A DNA stretch of 64,000 nt from the IMG/VR virus record IMGVR_UViG_3300029203_000004; one strand, given 5' to 3'. The position numbers and the translations under genes were made by a program. Positions 18,349 to 27,311 of this stretch are shown piece after piece; the first letter of the stretch is position 1; every line of letters begins with the position of its first letter. The notes under the pieces are model-generated. The model saw nothing but the letters and a program-made list of their open reading frames with translations. It made no database searches and was not told the DNA's origin. The DNA comes from a virus.

Positions 18349-18495
18349 ATGAAACGAATTGAAATTTTGGCTTTATTATCATTAAGTCTATCATCATGTA
18401 GTGAATACTTCGATAAACAACAAAGTAAGAATGAACTAAAGAAAAAGTATTCTTTCGCATTAAATTACTATGTTGAAAGATTGTCCGTTATTTGA
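18349..18495 (+). CDS. small putative lipoprotein (48 aa)
   Basis: Hand translation gives MKRIEILALLSLSLSSCSEYFDKQQ...: a signal peptide with the lipobox-like LSLSS-C. Confidence 0.4.
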   Translation: MKRIEILALLSLSLSSCSEYFDKQQSKNELKKKYSFALNYYVERLSVI

Positions 18496-18570
18496 ATCAT
18501 ACAGAGATAGTATCAACAAGTACACAATACTTTCAAATGAACTTGATTACTAACTTAAAAACAAAAGAAT

Positions 18571-18843
18571 ATGGGAACGAGCAATCAGCTAAGTATTAAG
18601 CAAATTATTTGTTTTAACATTATAGCGGCTGAAAAAGTTGCCGGGAATATATGTCAAGGTCTTGCTGTTAAGCTAGGGAAAGCGTTTATATACGATAACC
18701 GTGATATTGATGTCAATGAAATCTCATACATTAGCCAACAATGTGAGATTGCGCTTCAAAATATATCCGAATTAGGTCTTACGGAAGCCAAGAACAATGA
18801 AATGAATAATATAATAGCTAAATATAATGGGAACAAACAATAA
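18571..18843 (+). CDS. hypothetical protein (90 aa)
   Basis: ORF track. Confidence 0.55.
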   Translation: MGTSNQLSIKQIICFNIIAAEKVAGNICQGLAVKLGKAFIYDNRDIDVNEISYISQQCEIALQNISELGLTEAKNNEMNNIIAKYNGNKQ

Positions 18844-19075
18844 ACAATCCATCCTGGAAGGACGGAAATGGGATGTGATAGAGAGTGTTGACGGATATTT
18901 TTCCGGGGAAAAGAACGGAGTTATCATACAAGGAACGACAATGAGTGATCTGTATGAAAAATGTAAATCTTTTGACATAGCTTCGGTTATGGAAAAGATT
19001 AAGACGGGTGACAATCTGAACGACTGGGAAAAACGCTTAATAAAAGTTAATAAAAAGTTGTTGGAAAACCAATAA
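18827..19075 (+). CDS. hypothetical protein (82 aa)
   Basis: ORF track; 17-nt overlap with the upstream ORF. Confidence 0.55.
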   Translation: MGTNNKQSILEGRKWDVIESVDGYFSGEKNGVIIQGTTMSDLYEKCKSFDIASVMEKIKTGDNLNDWEKRLIKVNKKLLENQ

Positions 19076-19091
19076 ACTATATCTTTGCCGT

Positions 19092-19244
19092 ATGAGAAAG
19101 AAATACGTAGCATATTATAAGGGATGTACAATAGAGGTCACAGGAGAAAAAGACTTCATGTACCGAATAATAAAAGGCGAACGGATGAATATCTTTGTAG
19201 ATATGTTTTATAAGTCCACATCTGATGCGCTAAAGGTGCAATGA
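19092..19244 (+). CDS. possible small protein (50 aa)
   Basis: Hand translation gives MRKKYVAYYKGCTIEVTGEKDFMYRIIKGERMNIFVDMFYKSTSDALKVQ; ATGA coupling to the next small ORF. Confidence 0.3.
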   Translation: MRKKYVAYYKGCTIEVTGEKDFMYRIIKGERMNIFVDMFYKSTSDALKVQ

Positions 19245-19396
19245 GGTGGTTGGACAATAATATTAGAAAGGAGTTAATTTATGCTTTTTGGAATTGTTTT
19301 TGCTATGATAATGAGGGCTATATGTGGAAATATGTTGGACGATTGATATTTGTTGTTGTATGGCTTATTGTGTTACAGATTTTGTCTGAATGTTAA
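19241..19396 (+). CDS. possible small membrane protein (51 aa)
   Basis: Hand translation gives MRWLDNNIRKELIYAFWNCFCYDNEGYMWKYVGRLIFVVVWLIVLQILSEC. Confidence 0.3.
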   Translation: MRWLDNNIRKELIYAFWNCFCYDNEGYMWKYVGRLIFVVVWLIVLQILSEC

Positions 19397-19408
19397 ACGT
19401 GTGTGTCT

Positions 19409-19759
19409 ATGACTAAAGAAGAATTTAAAACAAAGAAAGGAATTATCAATTCTAAGATAAGGGAATTGAATAACGAAATGGTAAGACTAAAGAAGGAGTA
19501 CATTGAATATAATGCAAAGTATCCTATCGGAAGCAAGGTATGTATTACTACTCCTGCATCTACATATACAAAATTAGATAGCTTAGAAAGTGTTACTGTC
19601 CCCGAAAGAAAACAATACGCCTATGTCAGGGATTATAAAATTGATTTTCTTGATAACGTTGAGCCATTGTTTAGCAAGGTGAAGAAAGATGGAACCATGT
19701 CGGAGGTGAACTTGTATGTTTGTCTTATGAACACTAAGATAGAACTGGTAAAGGAGTAA
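19409..19759 (+). CDS. hypothetical protein, paralog of 42017..42337
   Basis: Both share KEEF..K..I..K..ELN.E...LKKEYIE.N...PIGSKVCIT. Start moved from GTG to the ATG at 19409. Confidence 0.6.
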   Translation: MTKEEFKTKKGIINSKIRELNNEMVRLKKEYIEYNAKYPIGSKVCITTPASTYTKLDSLESVTVPERKQYAYVRDYKIDFLDNVEPLFSKVKKDGTMSEVNLYVCLMNTKIELVKE

Positions 19760-19896
19760 TTGTTATGGCAAAAATAATGAATTTAGGGGCGCATTGTAGT
19801 GAGTGTATTCACTATCAAGTATTGTATGGCTTTGCAGAAGAGAATAACGGCTAGGAAAACGCCTAAATATTGTAAACACTATAAAAAGTATAAAAT

Positions 19897-20157
19897 ATGA
19901 GCAAATATAAAACAGAAGCTGGGATAGAATGTACTCCCGAAGAATGTAAGTTGATTGACTCTTTGAAACGACTTGCAAAAAAGTGGGAAAAGGACGGTAA
20001 ACGCCTTTGGCTGTATTCAGCCAGTGGTTCACTTCACGTAATGATGCACGGAGATACAGAAGATAATCCCGAACCAGAATTTGAAAAATTTGGTGGCAGT
20101 AATTATAACAATTCAATAGATACTATAGATATTCCAAATGATGGTGGAGACTGGTAA
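19897..20157 (+). CDS. hypothetical protein (86 aa)
   Basis: ORF track. Confidence 0.55.
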   Translation: MSKYKTEAGIECTPEECKLIDSLKRLAKKWEKDGKRLWLYSASGSLHVMMHGDTEDNPEPEFEKFGGSNYNNSIDTIDIPNDGGDW

Positions 20158-20178
20158 TTAACGAATAACGATATAGAA

Positions 20179-20238
20179 ATGAGTAAAACAACAATTTATT
20201 ATCTATTCCTAATAGCAATGTATATGCTTCTAGGATAG
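20179..20238 (+). CDS. conserved 19-aa hydrophobic peptide (duplicated at 39028..39087)
   Basis: MSKTTIYYLFLIAMYMLLG versus MSKTTIYYLFLVVMYMLLG. The DNA is ~90% identical in both copies. Confidence 0.3.
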   Translation: MSKTTIYYLFLIAMYMLLG

Positions 20239-20253
20239 GTGGAAAGGAGAGAT

Positions 20254-20622
20254 ATGAAACAGACAGTAGAAGAAGCAGCAAAAAAATATTCCAATGATTG
20301 CAGAAACAGGCAGCTTCATTGTGAACCGTACTGCATTGTTGACTTTATTTCTGGTGCCGAATGGCAGTCAAAGCAATCGCCGTGGATAAGCGTCAAGGAC
20401 AAGACTGGTTGTGACACATCAGATGATTGTATTGTAATGGTTGCGAATGGTGATATATTCAAAGCGTATTTTTCATCTAAAAACAAATGGATGAAAAGTA
20501 ATGGAGGCTATTATGATGAAGTGATAGATGATGTTGTTGCATGGATGCCCATCCCGTCTTTCGACGATATACTCGAAGAGAACAGGGATGTACTGGAACG
20601 GATTAAAGAGAAAGGAGATTAA
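20254..20622 (+). CDS. DUF551-like protein, paralog of 39103..39495 with a swapped central segment
   Basis: Shared blocks are MK.TVE.AAK, GAEWQSKQSPWISVK and WMPIPSFDDILE.N.DVLERIK.KGD; the middle third is unrelated. Confidence 0.6.
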   Translation: MKQTVEEAAKKYSNDCRNRQLHCEPYCIVDFISGAEWQSKQSPWISVKDKTGCDTSDDCIVMVANGDIFKAYFSSKNKWMKSNGGYYDEVIDDVVAWMPIPSFDDILEENRDVLERIKEKGD

Positions 20623-20623
20623 T

Positions 20624-20824
20624 ATGGAAGTAAATAACGGAATAATAATAGACGGAGTGTTGCATGAATTGTGCGTTGGAATATGTGATGAGTGCTCATT
20701 ACAAAATGAGTGTGATGATAGTTCAGAAATCATTTGCGATATAGCTTATGAAAACCCAAACATGGACCAGTGCTTTGTCAGTCGTGGGAAAGTAACGGAT
20801 ATTAAGATAGATAAGGAGGAATAA
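20624..20824 (+). CDS. Cys-rich 66-aa protein (family NGIIIDGVLHE...CSLQNEC...CFVSRGK.TDIK), copy 1 of 3
   Basis: Near-identical to 39501..39707; more distant copy at 59607..59822. Confidence 0.6.
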   Translation: MEVNNGIIIDGVLHELCVGICDECSLQNECDDSSEIICDIAYENPNMDQCFVSRGKVTDIKIDKEE

Positions 20825-20827
20825 ATT

Positions 20828-21118
20828 ATGTGTAATTCAATAGAATGGGGCAGATGCGAAATATGTGGAAAAGAAACCCAGTTGGAACGTACTTATTTTT
20901 ACTATCCAATTCATTGTGAATGTTGTGGCAATAAGGGAAATAGACATTTTGAAATGATAAGACATTGTAAAAAATGTCCTGCCCCTATGCCTAAAGAAAT
21001 ACATCCACTATGTAAGGCAATGGACGGTAAGACTTATCATGCGAGTGTTTCCAATATGCTTCCCATTGATATTCATGGAGAGTTTATTATAAATGAGCGA
21101 ATAATTAAGGAGGAATAA
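20828..21118 (+). CDS. zinc-ribbon protein (96 aa)
   Basis: CEICGK..CECCG..CKKC Cys pairs. Confidence 0.6.
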   Translation: MCNSIEWGRCEICGKETQLERTYFYYPIHCECCGNKGNRHFEMIRHCKKCPAPMPKEIHPLCKAMDGKTYHASVSNMLPIDIHGEFIINERIIKEE

Positions 21119-21120
21119 TT

Positions 21121-21615
21121 ATGGGATTTACAACACCGTGCTTTATACGCAAAAACACACCGGAGCTTCGGAAGAAGCTGGAAGAATTGGGATATGAAAT
21201 ACTTAATTCTGGTAATACAACATTAGATGAACATAATTATGACGGAAAGGGAAGTCATAAAAGTATCGAAGAAGGGAAAGCTATTATAACGTCTTATGGT
21301 AATTTATATGGAGTGATATATAATGTAGATACTGTCACTAAGAAAGGACGTATTGATTGCGGAACGAATGAGGAACTTTTCTTGGCTATAGCTGCATTAA
21401 GGGATGATAGTAACTACATGCAGTGGTTTATAGCAGATTCCATTCTTAGCGTTTCTTATGGCGATTCTATTGGTAACGATCATTATTTCACAGAGCCAAA
21501 AGGCATTATGTTCTTTTGGGATGAAAATTGGGATAATGCAACCATTATTTCAGGACGTTATCACAAGGCTACCGTAAATGAACTGATTGAACACTTTAAA
21601 ATAAAGGAGGAATAA
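21121..21615 (+). CDS. hypothetical protein (164 aa), NTPELR-motif family
   Basis: The N-terminus CFIRKNTPELRKKLEELGYE is shared with 28940..29218 and, more loosely, 24935..25426. Confidence 0.6.
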   Translation: MGFTTPCFIRKNTPELRKKLEELGYEILNSGNTTLDEHNYDGKGSHKSIEEGKAIITSYGNLYGVIYNVDTVTKKGRIDCGTNEELFLAIAALRDDSNYMQWFIADSILSVSYGDSIGNDHYFTEPKGIMFFWDENWDNATIISGRYHKATVNELIEHFKIKEE

Positions 21616-21869
21616 TGAAAGCAAAGTATTTTAAAAAGATAAGAAGCCAAGTAAAGTGGTATAAGGTATCATATAGAGATAGTTTATTTTTTAGTTTTAG
21701 CGATGAGAAAGAAATATTGGCTAAATCTCCTGAAAATGCTTGTGTCAGATACCATAAACGTACTGGATGTTTTGTTAACAAATATAATCCCAATAATATT
21801 ACACAATATAGTGAATCTCTTTCAAGGTTCAAGGTATGTATAGGTAAGAAAGTAATGTATTTCGATTAA
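21615..21869 (+). CDS. hypothetical protein (84 aa)
   Basis: ORF track; the start overlaps the upstream stop. Confidence 0.55.
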   Translation: MKAKYFKKIRSQVKWYKVSYRDSLFFSFSDEKEILAKSPENACVRYHKRTGCFVNKYNPNNITQYSESLSRFKVCIGKKVMYFD

Positions 21870-21938
21870 ATATGAAAGCAGAATGGAGCCTTGGTTTCAC
21901 TGATGCGCTAATAAAGAAATTAAAAGGAGAATAAAATT

Positions 21939-22325
21939 ATGACCGAAGAACTTGTAACATTGGAAACAGCGAAGTTGCTGAAAGAGAAAGGGTTTAATGA
22001 GTATTGCAAAGATATTATTAAAGAAGACAATAATCGGATAATGCAATCTGTGTTCCGAACAAATAAGAATTTGCCAAAATTGTGTTATAGTCGTCCCACT
22101 CAGTCCGTTGCACAAAAGTGGCTACGTGAAATAAGAGGTGTGTATGTATATGTAGAACCTGTTATTGGAAAAAGATGGACGCTTTCTTTTTGTGATTTCA
22201 ATGTTCCAACAGAAGAAAGCGACTGGATGGAGAACGAAATAAACAAAGGGAATGGCTATAAAGTATATGCCACCTACGAAGACGCACTTGAAGCCGGAAT
22301 ACAAGAAGCATTAAAACTTATATGA
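21939..22325 (+). CDS. hypothetical protein, paralog of 40974..41267
   Basis: Shared ends are MTEELVTLETAKLLKEKG... and ...EDALEAGIQEALKLI; the core diverges. Confidence 0.6.
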   Translation: MTEELVTLETAKLLKEKGFNEYCKDIIKEDNNRIMQSVFRTNKNLPKLCYSRPTQSVAQKWLREIRGVYVYVEPVIGKRWTLSFCDFNVPTEESDWMENEINKGNGYKVYATYEDALEAGIQEALKLI

Positions 22326-22588
22326 TTATGAAAACAATTATACTTACAATTATATGTATTATCGCCCTATTATGGGTTGGCGATCTAACAATTACATTTA
22401 AGCCGTTTTCCATATCCCTTCCTGGTTGGCATAAGGCTTTAGGTATCATCCTGTTTGTATTTGCAATGGCGGTGTATAACATTGGAGAATACGCTAAGGG
22501 GTACAAGCATGGTTTTGATGATGGAGTAAAGGAATGTATTGAAGCGATTAAGGGAAATGGAAAGAATAGAGCAGATAGCAACAATTGA
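22322..22588 (+). CDS. small membrane protein (88 aa)
   Basis: Two hydrophobic segments (IILTIICIIALLWVG; ALGIILFVFAMAVY). Confidence 0.55.
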   Translation: MIMKTIILTIICIIALLWVGDLTITFKPFSISLPGWHKALGIILFVFAMAVYNIGEYAKGYKHGFDDGVKECIEAIKGNGKNRADSNN

Positions 22589-22811
22589 TTTTTGTTATTT
22601 CCGATTAAAAATTCTCTGCAAACAGCTTTCTAATACCAAGTCAAACATCGAAAGACTAGTCGATAAGGCTTGCGGTTATAATGAAACCGAAGAGATGAGA
22701 AAGGAGTGTATAATGCTTGTAGAGCAGATCATTGAAAGCAAGAAGCAAATCGGAGAAGATTTCACAAGAGATGAACGTGTTTTGAATAAATTGAAAAGAA
22801 ATGAACAGTAG
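22557..22811 (+). CDS. hypothetical protein (84 aa from the ATG)
   Basis: The ORF track starts at a TTG; the first ATG gives MERIEQIATIDF... Confidence 0.5.
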   Translation: MERIEQIATIDFCYFRLKILCKQLSNTKSNIERLVDKACGYNETEEMRKECIMLVEQIIESKKQIGEDFTRDERVLNKLKRNEQ

Positions 22812-23250
22812 CGACATTGATTTCCCGTTACTCCGTATATTTAATGGAGTAACGGGGCGATATGAACTTCTTATTGACGATGTATCCATAGATGCTTATG
22901 GACGTGTAAGAGATAGCAGTGGTTGTGTTGTAGAATGGTTTACAGGCGTGTTTGACATGAACGGAATACCATTGTTTGAAAACGACATAATCATGCCTGT
23001 AAAGGACGGGATAAGCCAATACAGGCGTATCTGGAGAACAGTAGGTGGATTTGTACTAAGCAGAAGAAATGATGTGAAAGGACTGTCCAAATTGGATATG
23101 CTTGATGCGGACTATCTTGTGAACGAACGTGTGCAGCAATACATATCTGATGGATGCGTAAAGGTGGGTTCTGCAACAATTGATCTTAACCTGTTAAAAG
23201 GAAGAACGAAAGAAGATATTATTAGAAATTTAGCTAGAATGGTCAGATGA
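22801..23250 (+). CDS. YopX-like phage protein
   Basis: WFTGVFDMNGIPLFENDII resembles the YopX core (qfTGl.DknG..I.EgDIv). Confidence 0.5.
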   Translation: MNSSDIDFPLLRIFNGVTGRYELLIDDVSIDAYGRVRDSSGCVVEWFTGVFDMNGIPLFENDIIMPVKDGISQYRRIWRTVGGFVLSRRNDVKGLSKLDMLDADYLVNERVQQYISDGCVKVGSATIDLNLLKGRTKEDIIRNLARMVR

Positions 23251-23783
23251 AAGACAAAATGCTAGAGGAAAGTTTGAACAATTTCTACAGGACGTTTCTT
23301 ATTTGGATGATAAGATGTTATCCTATATTGTTCTGTCTTGCGATACTTGTCCATCAGTGTGAGGTTATACACTCTGTTGGAACAGGGGATATTATTGAGT
23401 ATTATGATGGTGATACATTGGAGTATATTCAGTATGCCACTCCGTTTTCGGACAAGTACCTTACCATATTCTTTAACGCCAAACTGTTTAATGCAATATT
23501 GTTTTATGTGTTGTCAAAGGTATTTTTATTTTGTATATACCATAGAGTATTTGTCATTGAAATGTTTATATACGCAATACTAGATATTGTATTTAATAAT
23601 GTGGTGTTTGAGGATGCACATTTGATTAATGCGATATACTATACATCAATTGGTTTTGTTACTGTTGGATTCTTTATTGCATTATACTTGCATCAAAGAT
23701 ATGGAGATAGGAAAGTGCACACGCATCAAACTATTAGTGATGGGTATAGGTGTTGTAATAAGCAATCTATTTTTTACCCATAG
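23247..23783 (+). CDS. multi-pass membrane protein (178 aa)
   Basis: Several hydrophobic helices in the ORF-track peptide. Confidence 0.55.
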   Translation: MKDKMLEESLNNFYRTFLIWMIRCYPILFCLAILVHQCEVIHSVGTGDIIEYYDGDTLEYIQYATPFSDKYLTIFFNAKLFNAILFYVLSKVFLFCIYHRVFVIEMFIYAILDIVFNNVVFEDAHLINAIYYTSIGFVTVGFFIALYLHQRYGDRKVHTHQTISDGYRCCNKQSIFYP

Positions 23784-23940
23784 CTTGTGTTCCTCCCGTA
23801 TTCTTCATGTTTATCTTGACCTTTATGGGAGATGCCTTTTTATTTGATGTTACCTTAGGGGATTTAACATTAACCCTAATCACTTTCTTTACCATATATT
23901 ACTAATTTTAATTGTTTAACAAAGTTAATTATTTTTATTT

Positions 23941-24600
23941 ATGCAACAAAACAATATTACCGATAAAACAGCTTCGGCACACAAAACGGACGAAATAATG
24001 GTTTACGAACATCCTTTTTTTGGCAAAATTCGTGTGTTTGTTCGATATGGTAAAATTTGGTTCTGTGGATTAGATGCTGCATCTTCTTTACAGTATTCAA
24101 ATCCATTAAAAGCTCTTTTAGAGCACTGTAAACCATCCTCCGTAATGATGCGTGAAGTAGGGGATGATATAATGGAGTTTATTAATGAAAGGAGTATGTA
24201 TATACTGATTTATAAAAGCCCTTTTCCTCCTATGGCTGATGAATTTGAACGTTGGATATTTGATTATATTGTTCCATCAGCTACCAATACAGGCAGTTAT
24301 TATGCACAGGTTAGATTACCAAACTTCAACAATCCTGCCGAAGCTGCCAGGGCGTGGGCTGATGAGTACGAAAGGAATCAAGCGTTAAAGCCACAACCAA
24401 ACGAATCCAATGAATGGTATAGTATCAAAAGATGGGCAAAGGAAAACGGTGTCAACTGGAAAAAGATTAGCCGGATGAAGATGAAAGTAATATCTTGTAA
24501 GCTAGGTTATCAGATAAAAAAGATTTTTGACGATAACCATTGCCAGGTAAACACATACAATGTAAACGTATTTAAGGAATACTTTAATAAATGTGAATAA
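23941..24600 (+). CDS. Bro-N domain protein (antirepressor-like)
   Basis: N-terminus VYEHPFFGKIRVFVRYGKIWFCGLDAASSLQYSNPLKALLEHCK fits Bro-N. Confidence 0.6.
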   Translation: MQQNNITDKTASAHKTDEIMVYEHPFFGKIRVFVRYGKIWFCGLDAASSLQYSNPLKALLEHCKPSSVMMREVGDDIMEFINERSMYILIYKSPFPPMADEFERWIFDYIVPSATNTGSYYAQVRLPNFNNPAEAARAWADEYERNQALKPQPNESNEWYSIKRWAKENGVNWKKISRMKMKVISCKLGYQIKKIFDDNHCQVNTYNVNVFKEYFNKCE

Positions 24601-24657
24601 ATAATATATATTTTAAAACATTTTATAGTATGTCATTTTATTGATTATATTTGCATC

Positions 24658-24951
24658 ATGTTTGAGTGTAGAAGCAAGCATATCTATAATGAAAGTTTAG
24701 GGGGAAAGCGTTCCCCCGATTTTATTAACCGTAAAAATGATAAAACAATGATTCTACTAGAAATTTTTCAAAACTGCTTTATTGTAGGGTATGATGGAAA
24801 GAAAATACCCTTTGTAAAAGATGATTTCCTGTTTAGTGATACTGGGGAAAGATATATTTTGACCAACAAGGAAAACAGTGAACAGGTTAGCCTACCGAAG
24901 CAATCGACAATAATAATTAAACATAATATTTTTCATGAAGGTATTGATTAG
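24658..24951 (+). CDS. hypothetical protein (97 aa; the start may be the internal M at 24748)
   Basis: A TAtaTTTG box at 24646-24653 sits only 5 nt before the first ATG, so a downstream start is possible. Confidence 0.45.
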   Translation: MFECRSKHIYNESLGGKRSPDFINRKNDKTMILLEIFQNCFIVGYDGKKIPFVKDDFLFSDTGERYILTNKENSEQVSLPKQSTIIIKHNIFHEGID

Positions 24952-25426
24952 AAAGGATTCAAGCGACATAAGAAACAGACTTGAACGGTTAGGGTACACC
25001 GCTTCCGAAAAAGCGTTGGAGGGATTTGGTGATGGTATCTTTGTAGACAAGTCAGATAATACTTTTCACGTAAAATCAGAGTGGAATGTTATTTATATGT
25101 TTCTTGAAACAGTAGATTGCGGAGATGACGAGAATATGTTTTTTGATTTTGTAGAAAACGATATAACGTCAATAACGCCAACAATGCTAGGTAAATATAA
25201 ATCTTTAATAAAAGTTGATAACTTTCCCATCATTAATACATCTAGCATTAAAGATGTGTTATACCGTGAAGATAGAGAACATAACATCATAGAAGTTATT
25301 GTTATTTCAGTGTATGGGTTAAAGTTGAAAAGCGTAAAGGATATTGACTTTTCATATCCTAATGCGGATACAATAATAGAGTATATGAAATCGTTGCATA
25401 AACAACTAAAAGAATATATCAAATGA
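24935..25426 (+). CDS. hypothetical protein (163 aa)
   Basis: ORF track. Confidence 0.6.
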   Translation: MKVLIRKDSSDIRNRLERLGYTASEKALEGFGDGIFVDKSDNTFHVKSEWNVIYMFLETVDCGDDENMFFDFVENDITSITPTMLGKYKSLIKVDNFPIINTSSIKDVLYREDREHNIIEVIVISVYGLKLKSVKDIDFSYPNADTIIEYMKSLHKQLKEYIK

Positions 25427-25704
25427 AATGTAATTTTACCCCTATGGACAAATTCTACCAGATACTGGATTACTACGGTTTGTCTTACACGGAGATTAAG
25501 AAAAATCATATCCGTGTGTTTTATGAAAACAAGAAAATGTTTGATTATTATCCGCTTCGTATGAAGCTGTTTGATTACCATGAATGGCATCAGCTTACTT
25601 ATCCGTTCGTGAAGGGAAAGGAAGATGAATGGGAAATAGAACTTACCATGTTCATTATCGGAGTGTTGGGAGATGAGATGTTTAAAAAGTTTAAAAACGA
25701 TTGA
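25423..25704 (+). CDS. hypothetical protein (93 aa)
   Basis: ORF track; ATGA coupling. Confidence 0.6.
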   Translation: MKCNFTPMDKFYQILDYYGLSYTEIKKNHIRVFYENKKMFDYYPLRMKLFDYHEWHQLTYPFVKGKEDEWEIELTMFIIGVLGDEMFKKFKND

Positions 25705-25706
25705 TT

Positions 25707-25949
25707 ATGGATAAGAAAGAGAAGGAATTTACTCCAAAAGCTATAAATTTGTGTGGCAAACGGAGAATGCTATCATCCATAAAAGGATGGGAGATTGTTC
25801 ATTATAACAATTACTCTAAAGGTATAGCCAATGTCCAGCCTGTGGACAAGTTGAGAATAACACTTTCAGGGCGAGAAGTCATTGAGTACGTCCTGAGGGA
25901 TGGAGATAAAACGATTGAAAAACTAGACAGTTATTTCGGATTGCTATGA
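25707..25949 (+). CDS. hypothetical protein (80 aa from the ATG)
   Basis: ORF-track TTG start replaced by the ATG at 25707. Confidence 0.55.
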   Translation: MDKKEKEFTPKAINLCGKRRMLSSIKGWEIVHYNNYSKGIANVQPVDKLRITLSGREVIEYVLRDGDKTIEKLDSYFGLL

Positions 25950-26164
25950 TGATAAAAGTAGACATACCAGAACCGTTCATAGACGGTGACAATACGATGG
26001 TAAACATCACGTCTGATTCATTCTGCTATTCCAGCATTGATTCACGTTATGAAGGATTTCAGAGTTCCTACAAGGACGGTAATATGAATCAGAAGATACA
26101 GGGAAAACTAGAGATAATTGCGGACCAGTTTAAAGAACTTATAAAAATAATAGAAGATAATTGA
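25946..26164 (+). CDS. hypothetical protein (72 aa)
   Basis: ORF track; ATGA coupling. Confidence 0.55.
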   Translation: MMIKVDIPEPFIDGDNTMVNITSDSFCYSSIDSRYEGFQSSYKDGNMNQKIQGKLEIIADQFKELIKIIEDN

Positions 26165-26166
26165 AG

Positions 26167-26664
26167 ATGGAAAGACATTTGTTAATACAGGAGTGTGAGA
26201 GAGAGGAAAAGATGAAGGAGTTGCGCAAGCAACAGAACGATCTTATCAAGAAAGGCCGTATGGTTGAATGCTCTCATGTAACAGCTAAGATAAAGGAGTT
26301 TCAGGAAGCATATATCAAGGCTTATCCTGACGGTAAATATGTAAGGGGCATGGATATTATCAAGAAGATGTCTGATGATGAGAAAATGGATTGGATGATG
26401 TATGTCAACGCCATTGCTTTTTGTGCTGATATTATCCATTCTTCTTCCATAGAGTTGAATGAAATGCTAAAGAAAACACTCCCCGGATCTAGCCTTCAAA
26501 TGTTTGAAACGCTTGAAAAGGTAGGTACTATGGCAAAGAATCAAATACTATGGATGGATAACAATGTTGACGAGAAATACCAGGATGATTTTGCAAGATA
26601 TGCCGATGAAATATCCGTGATGCTTTTATCATTTGTTAAAAATAAATTTTTACCCAGAAAATGA
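26167..26664 (+). CDS. hypothetical protein (165 aa from the ATG)
   Basis: ORF-track TTG start replaced by the ATG at 26167. Confidence 0.6.
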   Translation: MERHLLIQECEREEKMKELRKQQNDLIKKGRMVECSHVTAKIKEFQEAYIKAYPDGKYVRGMDIIKKMSDDEKMDWMMYVNAIAFCADIIHSSSIELNEMLKKTLPGSSLQMFETLEKVGTMAKNQILWMDNNVDEKYQDDFARYADEISVMLLSFVKNKFLPRK

Positions 26665-26861
26665 CACGCGAAGAAATACATAATAACGTACTGACAATAA
26701 GAAATTATTATTTCAGTATTCAGAACAAGATTGACAATGGATACAATGTTTCAGAATTGGACATAGATTCTAAAACGCACAACAAAATGATTGACGATAC
26801 AATAAAATCAGCCTTTGAAGATCATAAAATTATTCTTGCTTTGGAAAAATACAAGTTATGA
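26661..26861 (+). CDS. hypothetical protein (66 aa)
   Basis: ORF track; ATGA coupling on both sides. Confidence 0.55.
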   Translation: MTREEIHNNVLTIRNYYFSIQNKIDNGYNVSELDIDSKTHNKMIDDTIKSAFEDHKIILALEKYKL

Positions 26862-27307
26862 AAAAGAAAGATATAGACGAAGGATATATTGTAGGTGACT
26901 TTTATATAGTTAAAAGCCCTATCAAAGAGGGATGGCTTCACGTAGTGAATATAAAAACATCTTGGCAGATAAAGGTGATGATGGGAGCGAATACGGCAAA
27001 GTTTCTAAGCCTTTCCCAACAGGAAATATTTGACAGGATTAACGGAATATACATTCAATCCATGATGTCTTTATACGATTCAGATTATGCCTTGAAAATA
27101 GCTAAAGATGCTGTGTCTTATATGTCTGAAAAGGCAGAAAAGATGGAAAAGGTGGAAAAGGTGGGAAATACTGAAAATGAAGATATTGAAAAGGTGAAGA
27201 AAGATGAGTTTATGATGAAGATAGCCACATCTTCCGATGAAGAAATCATGGACATGATCGTAAATGGAGAGATAAAGTACGAATATTTCAAACAAGAACA
27301 GGAGTAA
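26858..27307 (+). CDS. hypothetical protein (149 aa)
   Basis: ORF track. Confidence 0.6.
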   Translation: MKKKDIDEGYIVGDFYIVKSPIKEGWLHVVNIKTSWQIKVMMGANTAKFLSLSQQEIFDRINGIYIQSMMSLYDSDYALKIAKDAVSYMSEKAEKMEKVEKVGNTENEDIEKVKKDEFMMKIATSSDEEIMDMIVNGEIKYEYFKQEQE

Positions 27308-27311
27308 ATTT

